A stretch of 64,000 nt of DNA. Origin: Somniosus microcephalus (lineage: Eukaryota). Location of the stretch: positions 268,336,001 through 268,400,000 of the forward strand of contig CM126208.1 of the NCBI GenBank assembly GCA_052327205.1, given 5' to 3'. The position numbers and the translations under genes are program-made. Positions within the stretch are counted from its first letter, which is position 1. Every line of letters starts with the position of its first letter. Shown here piece by piece: positions 13,005 to 22,409 of the stretch. The notes beneath the pieces are model-generated. The model was not told where the DNA came from, did not search any database, and saw only the letters and a program-made list of their open reading frames with translations.

Positions 13005-13700
13005 GTCTCAATCCCAAACTATCTCACTGCCCCACTCTCCCTATAGCCCTTTCTCAATCCCAAACTAATCCCATTGCCCCACGCTCTCCACATAGCCCTG
13101 TATCAATCCCAAACTAATCCCACTACCCCGTGCTCTCCCGATAGCCTTGTATCTTTCTCCTCTTCAAGTATATATCCCATTTTCCTTTTAAAATGCAATG
13201 GTTTCTGCTTCAACCACACCCTGTGGTAATGGATTCTGTGCTTCAACAAACCTCTGTGTAAAGAATTTTTTCCTAATCACTTGCTTAGTGATAATTTTAT
13301 ATTCATGGCTCCTCATCACTAATACCCCAACTGAAGGAAAGTCATTCCCCATAAATAAAAACAAAATCTCAATTAAATAATCTCTGCACTGATTGGAAAA
13401 AATCCCAGGATCTTAAGTCTCTCCTCATCACTATAGTTTCCCATCCTGGTGAATCTACACTGTATGCTGTCTATGGCTTTAAAGTATTTTCTATAATGAG
13501 GCATCCAAAACTGCACACAGATTCTAACTGTGGTCTAACCAATGCTTTATACAAATTTATCATTACCACTTTAAGCTCCTATTTTTAAAACCCAAAATGC
13601 TGTTTGCCTTTTTGTAACTCTCTCTGCCTGCACTTACAGTTTCACAGCATTATGTGTTGGTCCCTAGCTCTCTCTGCTCCTCCAGTCTCTGTCTTCCCAC
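13005..13700 (-). mobile_element. Old CR1 fragment with triplicated ~46-bp tail segment (13005-13150)
   Basis: CCAAAACTGCACACAG (CVQFW) remnant; ATAGCCC..TCAATCCCAAACTA repeated three times. Confidence 0.65.
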
Positions 13701-14143
13701 TGAGTTTATATCTCCACTGTCACTGCATCAATAGTCTCATAATGTGGATCTAGTTTCCTGAACCTGCATTCTGCGAAGATATTCAAAGCCCCTGCCATCA
13801 GACCCATTCACCCTGCTCTGACCAGATTACCTCCTTTTCTTTCCTCTCGTGTACTTCCAGTATCCACTTTCTGCACGTCACTATATGATAACAGCAGTCT
13901 GATATTACAACACTTGCACTATTACCTGGGGCAGAGTCACACTTGGCCAAATGGTCTGACTGCTCTGTGGAATTAGTAGCCCCAGGTGTCATGGACTGGC
14001 TCGGCCCCAGGTGTTATGGACTGGCTTAATAGACCAACAGTATGAAAGTTGGCACCCGGTTGCAAGTGTTTGAGAGCTTGATGGGAAGAACCATGTAGAA
14101 TGGCTTGGGCATGGTGATTTAGAAAGAAAGAACTTTCATTTAT

Positions 14144-15329
14144 CATCTTCTTAGGCAGTACCTCGGAACTGAGGATGACTTGTTTCCACATTAAAAATGA
14201 GTTCTCAGGTGACTGATGAGTCCAATGCGGGACCTACAGTCTCTGTCACAGGTGGGGCAGACGATGGTTGAAGGGGCGGGTGGGTGGGGTGCTTGGGTTG
14301 ACGTGCGCTGCTTGCGTTTGGCTTCCGCTTGCTCCCAGCGAAGAGACTCGAGGTGTTCGGCGCCTTCCCGGATGCTTCTCCTCCACTTTGTGCGGTCTTG
14401 GGCCAGGGATTCCCAGGTGTCGGTGGGGATGTTACACTTTTTCAAGGAGGCTTTGAGGGTGTCCTTGAAGCATTTCCTCTGCCTACCTGGGGCTCTCTTG
14501 CCGTGCCGGAGCTCCAAGTAGAGCACTTGTTTTGGGAGTCTCGTATCAGGCATGCGGACAATGTGACCCATCCATTGGAGCTGATTGAGCGTGGTCAAAG
14601 CCTCGATACTGGGGATGGTGGCCTGAGCAAGAACACTGACATTGGTGCGCCTATCCTGCCAATGGATTTGCAGGATCTTGTGGAGGCAGCATTGATGGTA
14701 CCTCTCCAGTGCTTTGAGGTGCCTGCTGTACATGGTCCATGTCTCTGAAGCATACAGCAGGGTGGGTATCGCTGCTGCTCTGTAGACCATGAGCTTAGTG
14801 CCGGGTTTGAGGTCCTGGTCTTCAAACACTGTCTTCCTCAGGCGACCGAAGGCTGCACTGGCACACTGAAGGCAGTGTTGGACTTCGTCGTCGACGTCTG
14901 CCCTTGTTGACAGTAGGCTCCCGAGGTATGGAAAGTGGTCGACGTTGTTCAAGGCCTTGTCGTGGATTTTGATCATCAGGGGGCAGTACTGTGTGGTGGG
15001 GGCAGGTTGGCAGAGGACCTTTGTCTTACGGATGTTTAGTGTAAGGCCCATGCTCTCGTACACTTCGGTGAAGGTGTTGACGATGGTTTGGAGTTCGACC
15101 ACCGAGTGAGCGCAGACTTGAGCATCGTCTGCATACTGTAATTCAACGACAGAGGATGGGACGACCTTGGATCTGGACTGGAGGTGATGGAGGTTGAACA
15201 GTTTCCTGTGTTCTGTAAATTAGCTCCACTCCAGTGGGGTGCTTACTGAGGGTGACATAGAGCATTGCAGCAAGGAAGATCGAGAAGAGCATTGGTGCGA
15301 TGACACAGCCTTGCTTGACCCCGGCTCGC
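14144..15329 (-). mobile_element. RTE-clade (BovB-like) LINE, 5'-truncated
   Basis: GVKQGCVIAP..LQYADD..GLTLNIRKTKV..FPYLGS..YASETWT..RLPKQVLY..C2H2-like end CPTCDRDCRSRIGLISHLRTH; 303-aa open stretch. Confidence 0.92.
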
Positions 15330-15496
15330 CCCCAGGTGTCATGGACTGGCTCGGCCCCAGGTGCCATGGACTGGCTCGGCCCCAGGTGTCATGGACTGGC
15401 TTAAAAGACCAACAGTATGAAAGTTGGCACCTGGTGGCAAGTGTCTGAGAGCTTGACGGGAAGAACCGTGTAGAATGGCTTGGGACATGGTGATTT

Positions 15497-15700
15497 AGAA
15501 AGAAAGAACTTTCATTTATATAGCATCTTTCACACCCATGAGAGATCCCAAAGGCTTCACAGCTAATGAAGTACTTTTGAAGTGTGGTCATTGTTATAAT
15601 GTAGAAAATGCAGCAACCAATTTGGCACAGAGGGTGACCAGATAGTCTGTTTGTGTCATGTTGATTGAGGGATAAATGTTGGCCCCAGGACACCGGGCAG
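15497..15700 (-). mobile_element. DeuSINE 3' half
   Basis: Reverse complement of Deu domain and tail. Confidence 0.75.
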
Positions 15701-16090
15701 AACCTGCGGCCTGCCTCCTAAGATGCTACAGGACGGTGAAGATATAATCAGTAAAATGGTTTCAATCTATAGCTCACGGCACCCCCGGCCTGACTCCAGC
15801 CCCAGAGAGTCTGTAACCGACCCCGGCCCCAGAGAGTCTGTAACCGACCCGCAGACAATACAAAATGCAGAATATCAGCTGTTCTCTGAAGAGCCCCGCG
15901 TGGGTTAGTTGCAGAAAATACCAAGAGTCTCACTCCTCCCAGAGTCTTGACATCTCCTGATCAATGCATCTTGTTCCATAAAAGGTATTCGGAACGGGAG
16001 AGCCGCCTTTCCCCCGACCGCTGTTAATTTCGCTCGGTGATCGACCATCACCGGGAGACAGCTTGTACTCACATACCCCGCACCCGTACT

Positions 16091-16345
16091 AAAGCAAAAT
16101 ACTGTGGCTGCTGGAATCTGAAATAAAAAAACAGAAAATGCTGGAAATACTCAGCAGTGCAAAGAAAAAAACAAAGTTAAACGTTTCAGGTCGATGACCT
16201 TTCGTCAGCACTGCCTTCAGACTCATTCGCCTTGTTCGGACTAGATTACCTGATGAAAGGTCATCGACCTGAAACGTTAACTCTGTTTTTCTCATTCCAC
16301 AGATGCTGCCTGACCTGCTGAGCGTTTCCAACATTTTCAGTTTTT
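16091..16345. mobile_element. Penelope family B inverted pLTR pair with hammerhead cores on both strands
   Basis: Minus core CTGACGA..GAAACGTT at ~16176-16212, plus core CTGATGA..GAAACGTT at 16250-16282; flanking arms are mutually inverted. Confidence 0.8.
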
Positions 16346-17079
16346 ACCCTGTATTCTCTCCCCTGTATTCGTGGTCCAAATAGGGATCTCAACAGATATG
16401 GTCGCGCATTTAGTTTGAGCGAGTTATTATTGGGGAATTTATACACGGGCCTAACCTTTCTTTCGATTTCTCTGGAGAAATCCCGAAAGTGGGACCAAGT
16501 AATGTCTAATAACGCGCTGGACTGGGGATTATTTATTTGTTATGTCACCTTCTGTGAGGAGATGCCATTAAATCCCGAATCCCTGCGCACCCCGAGCGCT
16601 CTCCTTTGTGACGGGAGATTCCTGTTATTCCTTTGCCTATTTACCAATACCAGGTGAAACACACGGCCCAGTCTGTCTGGCTGCTGATTTATTTCGTTGC
16701 CTGCTGATATTGGCGGCCCCAGAAAGCAGCAACCACAGATTGAGGTTCGTTTCAAAACGGAATAAGGCGATTTTAAAAATAACCTTTTCACAAACGACCT
16801 GATTGTCCGCTATGCTCATTTTCTGACCATTCCTGTTTATTGCAGTGAGATTGAGAACTACAAATAGAGATGGAAGAATTTCAGAAATCTATTTATTTTT
16901 ATAATGGATTTAAATAACTATAAACACCCCAGAGTGGAGAGCGGCATCAGGGTATATGTGAACGCTGTTTGTTGATGTTTTCAGAATCCAGCGACTTCAA
17001 AATAAACTCTGGACAGCAGTAAGTGCCCATCGCTTGCAGTGTGGAGGCTGGTGTTGGTTTTATAGAGTAGACCAGAAGC

Positions 17080-17790
17080 GCAGACATTGTCCCCGGGCGC
17101 CTACATTCAAGGTGCTCTATACAGGCAAGTTGTTGGTGTTGTGACGGGCTCCCCCGGGACTGACGGACACTCTGTCCATCCCTCAATCCCCAGTCTGAGC
17201 TCCTTCGAGATTCCAGGTATTTGGAAATTCCGTGAACTGAACTCGGGAGAGACCGCGGAAAAAAAAAACCATGGGAACAAAACGGAAATGAAATGACGCG
17301 GGGACGAAAGTGGATCGGATTCCCAGCGCTGGGTGTTCCTGAGATGGGTTTGCTCAGCTAACGGGATTACAAGTTTCGGGATTTTTTTATCTGCTCGCTT
17401 TTCCTTCACTTCCTCGCCACGATCCATCGCCTGTTTATTGACGGACCGGTGCGAGTTTTCACATCGCTCCAATAGTTTACCCTCCCTCTACAATGTCGTG
17501 TGGATAAAACCGCTGCCGAACTTGTCGTCCGCTCGCAGTAGATTTCTCTCCCCCTGGGGACCCGGTGCTCGCCTGCCGTGTGTGTGTGGATTCGGTGGAG
17601 TGGTTTACTTCCTCTCTCTCGCTGTCTGTGTCTGTGGCTCGGTCTACCCTGTCCAGCCCGGTCCGTTCTCTTTGTCGGTCTCCACCGTGCCAGTGTCCCG
17701 GCGATGGCTCCACGCTCTCCCTCACACTCCCTCCTGCTCAGGATCGCTTGTCTTCTCATCATCAACGGTGTTCGGGTCCAAGCACACGGT
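17080..17790 (+). promoter_or_regulatory. CpG-rich promoter / 5'UTR region of SUSD5
   Basis: Clearly raised CpG density relative to flanks, non-repetitive, directly upstream of and including exon 1; TSS not determinable. Confidence 0.6.
17704..17788 (+). CDS. SUSD5: SUSD5 coding exon 1 (signal peptide MAPRSPSHSLLLRIACLLIINGVRVQAH)
   Basis: ATG in GCGATGG context within a CpG-rich region; hydrophobic signal-like peptide; donor G|GTCAGT at 17789; phase 1 joins exon 2 to give ...QAHG-KMFVL. Confidence 0.8.
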
Positions 17791-17989
17791 CAGTCCAGTC
17801 ACAAGAACCTCTGATAATGAGAGTTTGCCAGCAGCAAGCGCCGTCTCGTTCATTGGAAACTGTCATTTCTCGCTGTGATTTGTGTCAAATTAAATTGTTT
17901 TCAAAAGTGATTTTCTGATAAGTTGCACAGACGAAGCTTGTCCGCAGGAGAGTGTCTAATAAGATTTAGAGAGAGAATTCTAGAACGTG

Positions 17990-18830
17990 CAATTTTTTCC
18001 GACGTATCCAATTCCCTTTTGAAAGTTATTATTGAATCTGTTCCCACCACCCTTTCAGGCAGTGAATTCCAGATCACAACAACTCGCTGCATTTAAAAAA
18101 AAAAATTCATCTCCCCTCTGGTTCTTTTACCAATAATCTTAAATCTGTATCCTCGGGTTAAGGACCCTCCTGCCACTGGAAACAATTTCTCCTTATCCAC
18201 TCTTTTTCAAAACCCTTCATAATTTTGAACACATCTATTAAATCTCCCCTTAACCTTCTCTGCTCTAAGGTGAACAATCCCAGTCTCTCCACATAACTGA
18301 ATTCCCTCATCCTTGGTACCATTCCAGTAAATCTTTTCTGCACCCTCTCCGAGGCCTATGCCTATTTAATAGGATCCATGAATATAGTTTAGATCATAGG
18401 AACAGTGGGTCTTTGAGCCTGTTCCGCCATTCAATGAGATCATGGCCGATCTGTATCTTAACCCCATTTACCTGCCTTGGGTCCGTAACCCTAATACCCT
18501 TACCCAACAAAAATCTATCAAACTCAGCTTTGACATTTTCAGTTGACCTCCAGTCTCATCAGCCTTTTGGGGGAGAGTTCCAGATTTCCACTACCCTTTG
18601 TGTGAAGAAGTGTTTCCTGTCATCACCCCTGAACCTCTGATTTTAAGGTTATGCCCCCTTGTTCTGGACTCTCCCACCAGAGGATATAGTTTCTCTCTCT
18701 CTACCCTATCAACTCATTGTAATCATCTTAAACACCTCAATTAGATCGCCCCCCTTAATCTTCTATGTTCGAGGGAATACAAGACTCGTCTATGCAGCCT
18801 GTCCTCATAATTTAACCCTTTTAGCCCAGG
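17990..18830 (-). mobile_element. Two adjacent CR1 3' fragments
   Basis: RLGLFTLEQRRLRGDLIDVFKIM; RVVVIWNSLPERVV; second fragment 18395-18830. Confidence 0.8.
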
Positions 18831-19110
18831 TATCAGAGGTCTACTGTGTAGGTCCATCTTTCTGAATAAATTTGTGTTGTAATAAAATGGCTATAATTTA
18901 ATGTAAACTTTTTTGATTTGAGTTGCTAAGAGACTTAGACCCAATTACAAGCTAGCCATTGATTTGTGAATCTTTCTGATCAGAACCAAATTGTATTGTG
19001 GAGAGTCCAAATTATTTATTGAATTGCAAAAAGTTTCTGAGATCAAAATGGGTTCATGAGGAACATGAAGTTTCATGACCTGATCTTGCACAGCCTCTGA
19101 TCATTAATGA

Positions 19111-19291
19111 CAACAGAAAATGCTGGAAACACTCAGCAGGCCAGGCAGCATCAAAGTTCTGATGAAGGGTCCCAGACCTGAAACGTTAACTCTGTTTCTC
19201 TCTCCACGGATACTGCCTGTCCCGCTGAGTGTTTCCAGTATTTTCTGTTGTTACTTCAGATTTCCAGCATCCACAGTATTTTGCTATTGTA
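19111..19291 (+). mobile_element. Penelope-derived palindromic mini-element (family B) with hammerhead ribozyme, SUSD5 intron 1
   Basis: 15-bp TSD TCTGATCATTAATGA at 19096-19110 and 19292-19306; inverted arms CAACAGAAAATGCTGGAAACACTCAGC / GCTGAGTGTTTCCAGTATTTTCTGTTG. Confidence 0.85.
19155..19191 (+). ncRNA. Minimal type I hammerhead ribozyme (sense to SUSD5 pre-mRNA)
   Basis: AGUU-CUGAUGA-A-GGGUC cca GACCU-GAA-ACGU-U-AACU: intact core, stems I and II, GUU cleavage triplet. Confidence 0.8.
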
Positions 19292-19462
19292 TCTGATCAT
19301 TAATGAGTTTGCTTTACACCCTTGTATGTTCTATCGACTTAAAGGTTTACATTTATTGCATATTTGATGCCTGTTCTGAGCTATCATTTTATTTTGAAAT
19401 CCAATTTACAAAAAAAAACTTCAATATATAGATAGCTTGTAAAAAAAAACTACATTTGTGAA

Positions 19463-19862
19463 ATAGAACGACTTGCATTTCTATAGCGCCTTTCACAACC
19501 TCAGGATGTCCCAACGTGCTTTACAGCCAATGAGAAGTGTAGTCACTGTTGTAATGTAGGAAACACGGCAACCAATTTGCACATATCAAGCTCCCACAAA
19601 CAGCAATGTGATCATGACCAGATAATCTGTTTTTTAGTGATGTGGGTTGAGTGATAAATATTGGCCAGGACACCGGGGAGCACTCCCCTGCCCTTCTTTG
19701 AATAGTGTCATGGGATCTTGGCAGACGGGGCCTCGGTTTAACATCTCATCCAAAAGACGGCACCTCTGACAATGCAGCACTTGTTCAGTACTGCACTGGA
19801 CTGCCAGCCTAGATTTTGTGCTGAAGTCTCTGGAGTTGGCCTTTAACCCATGACCTTCTGAT
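19463..19862 (-). mobile_element. DeuSINE, near full length
   Basis: Reverse complement of the 4512-4955 type. Confidence 0.85.
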
Positions 19863-19899
19863 CCAGAATATTGTGTAAAGTATGGAAAATATTCTTTTA

Positions 19900-20240
19900 A
19901 AATAAAAATTGTAAAGGCAAATGTGATTAAACATATTGGATAAATAATTAGTCCAATTGTTGAGGGGCCCAGAATGAGGGGACGTAGGTATGAGATTAAA
20001 TTAAGATTTTGGGGAGAGATAGCAGGATAAACTTTCTTTACAATAGTGTTGTGAGGCTGTGGAATCATTCGCAGAGTTAGTGATTGAAGCAGAAACCATG
20101 CCAACTTTAAAAACAGATTAGAGAGGTGGCTGAATGAAAAGGGAATAAAGGGATATGGGAACAGGGATTAGGACACTGTTCCTGTGCAGTACAGACTGGT
20201 TGGGCTGAATGGCCTGTTTCTCTGTTGTAAATTCTGAGTT
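19900..20240 (+). mobile_element. Old CR1 3' fragment
   Basis: GGGCTGAATGGCCTGTTTCTCTGTTGTAA tail and degenerate coding remnant. Confidence 0.65.
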
Positions 20241-20432
20241 TCTGTTAAACGAAAGGCCATCTTGCACTCTTTCATAAATAGAATCTCTCCGTGTAGAACT
20301 GAGGGCGGGGGAGGGTGAAGAGAGTGAAATAATTTCAACAGATAAAGCTCAACATTTGTAATATGGCTACACAGGGATGGAGTGAAAGGGTTGGAGTGAA
20401 GGTCACCTGACTGAGCGGGTTAGAGTAGCGGT

Positions 20433-20945
20433 CAAAAGCAAAATACTGCGGATGCTGGAAAACTGAAATAAAAACAGAAAATGCTGGAAATACTCAGCAG
20501 GTCAGGCAGCATCTGTGGAGAGAGAAACAGAGTTAACGTTTAAGGTCGATGACCTTTCATCTGAACTGGAAAAAGTTAGAGATGTAACGGGTTTTAAGGA
20601 AATGCAGAGGCTGGGAAAGGGGGGGGGGAAGGGAGGAAAGAACAAAAGGGAAGGTCTGTGATAGGATGGAAGGCAGGAGAGATTAAATGACAAATGGGAT
20701 GATGGTGCAAGGCGAAAAGGGGTGGTGATAGGACAAGTAAAGAAACTAAAGATGGGTCTAGAGGAGGTGTAAATGGCAATAGCAGAATCATTACCAACAC
20801 CTGCTGCCCGAAAAAATGGGAGCAGTGGTTATGGTCTGAAAATGTTGAACTCAATGTTGAGTCCAGAAAGCTGTAAAGTGCCTAATCAAAAGATGAGGTG
20901 CTGTTCCTCGAGCTGCCATTGAGCTTCATTAGAACAGTGTAGAGG
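20433..20945 (-). mobile_element. Penelope-like element 3' fragment (GIY-YIG C-terminus + pLTR, mutated hammerhead)
   Basis: Minus strand encodes HCSNEAQWQLEEQHLIF*LGTLQLSGLNIEFNIFRP*; pLTR shares family B arms; hammerhead boxes mutated to CAGATGA / TAAA. Confidence 0.8.
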
Positions 20946-21104
20946 TCACATGATGGGTGTAATTCTCAACCAAGAGAATCAAAGTCAATGAAAACTGGAT
21001 TATTGTGACATGAATAAAAGTGGATGCAGTTCCAGAACTTTACACCTATGTCACTCCTGGAGCTGAGATACGAGACAGCGTCTTATTCATTTCTCTTGTC
21101 CCAG

Positions 21105-21282
21105 GGAAGATGTTCGTGCTCCGGCCAAAGAACGGGACCGCGCAATGGGACATGACCGCGGCCCGAGGCTTGTGCACAGAGCAGGGAGCACGTCTGGCCA
21201 CGGCTGAAGAGCTGCAGCGAGCGGTGGAGGAATGCGCGTTCACAGAGTGCACCGCCGGCTGGATTGCAGGCAACCGGATCGG
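21105..21282 (+). CDS. SUSD5: SUSD5 exon 2 (Link/hyaluronan-binding domain, N-part)
   Basis: Acceptor tttctcttgtcccag, donor GG|GTAAGG; encodes GKMFVLRPKNGTAQWDMTAARGLCTEQGARLATAEELQRAVEECAFTECTAGWIAGNRIG, a Link-module pattern (C..GA.LA...EL....C..GW); 178 nt. Confidence 0.93.
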
Positions 21283-21416
21283 GTAAGGACTACCCTCAAA
21301 TAACGGGGGAACCAGCATCAGCCAGCAGTCATCCTGACTCCAAGCGACCACTGGTTCAAGGCTTTAGCCCAAACCTTTCACACATTTGTGCTGGTTGGGG
21401 AAAAATGACGGGAGGC

Positions 21417-21735
21417 GGGGGGCACGGTGGCATAGTGGTTAGCACTGTTGCCTCACAGCGCCAGGGACCCGGGTTCAAATCTGGCCTCGGGCGACTGTCT
21501 GTGTGGAGTTTGCACATTCTCCGTGTGTCTGCGTGGGTTTCCTCCGGGTGCCCCGGTTTCCTCCCACAGTCCAAAGATGTGCAGGTTAGGTTGATTTGGC
21601 TATGATAAATTGACCCTTAGTGTTAGGGGATTAAATACGTGGGGTTACAGGGATAGGGTGGGATATGTGTCGGTGCAGGCTCGATGGGCCGAAATGGCCT
21701 CTATCTGCACTGTAGATTCTGTGAATCTGTGAATC
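21417..21735 (+). mobile_element. HE1/V-SINE
   Basis: tRNA A/B boxes (TGGCATAGTGG, GGTTCAAAT), V-domain CTGTGTGGAGTTTGCACATTCTCC...GGTTTCCTCCCACAGTCCAAAGATGTG, CR1-type tail. Confidence 0.9.
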
Positions 21736-22409
21736 TGTGAAGGAGGAGCCAATCCAGATCTAGTTAACTGGTTAAGGATCTGGAGGAGATCCAAGAACTT
21801 GGAACTCTTGAATGTCTGAATAACCTTTGCTTCCCAATCCCACCATGCCACTTTCAGTAGAAATAAATGAAGTGTCAAATGAAAAAGATCATTACCTCTT
21901 GGAAAAGTTTGGTTTGCCCTGGTGAGTGACTGAAATAACCTGACTGATTCCTACCAGTGCCCCCGGACCTCTTAGTCCAGTATCAGGAACACATCTAAGT
22001 GAATATCTGTAACACTAGACTATCCAATCTAAATTAAAGCATATTAATACCCTTGCCGATTTATAAATACCAATTCCCAGGCATCACTCCACTTTCTTCA
22101 GCCTCTGACTTTGTCACCTGCCCCCTTTAATTTCTAATTATTTTATCTCCTGTTTTTGGTTGCTCCCACTGTGCTTTTCAGTACTTGTACTTGTACTTCC
22201 TAGTCAATATTCACACCCTTTGGTTTTCATCTTTTACGTTAGTTTTTGTCGCTAACATCCAGAGTTTTGAGTTACTCTCATCCGCTAATTTTCATGCTTG
22301 TGCGCATTGTCAATTCTGTAATGTGCCTTCTCACTTTCAATAAAAACGCCATCTAATTGTCAAATACACTCTAAGGCAGCCTCTACTTTATAAATGTCTC
22401 GCACTTGCA

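Noticed and set aside
13980-15519. LTR retrotransposon (direct repeats flanking an RT ORF)
   Set aside because: The RT is RTE non-LTR type, the repeats lack TG..CA ends/PBS/PPT and include part of an adjacent SINE tail
1-17000. Exons of a neighbouring gene (e.g. FBXL2, expected from human synteny)
   Set aside because: No recognisable coding exon found on either strand
17493-17507. uORF ATG TCG TGT GGA TAA upstream of SUSD5
   Set aside because: TSS unknown, so it cannot be shown to lie in the mRNA
17333-17878. 181-aa and overlapping ORFs at the CpG island
   Set aside because: GC-rich sequence with few stops; only the frame from ATG 17704 gives a signal peptide that splices in phase
21417-21490. 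tRNA gene
   Set aside because: A/B boxes belong to the head of an HE1/V-SINE and continue into the V-domain
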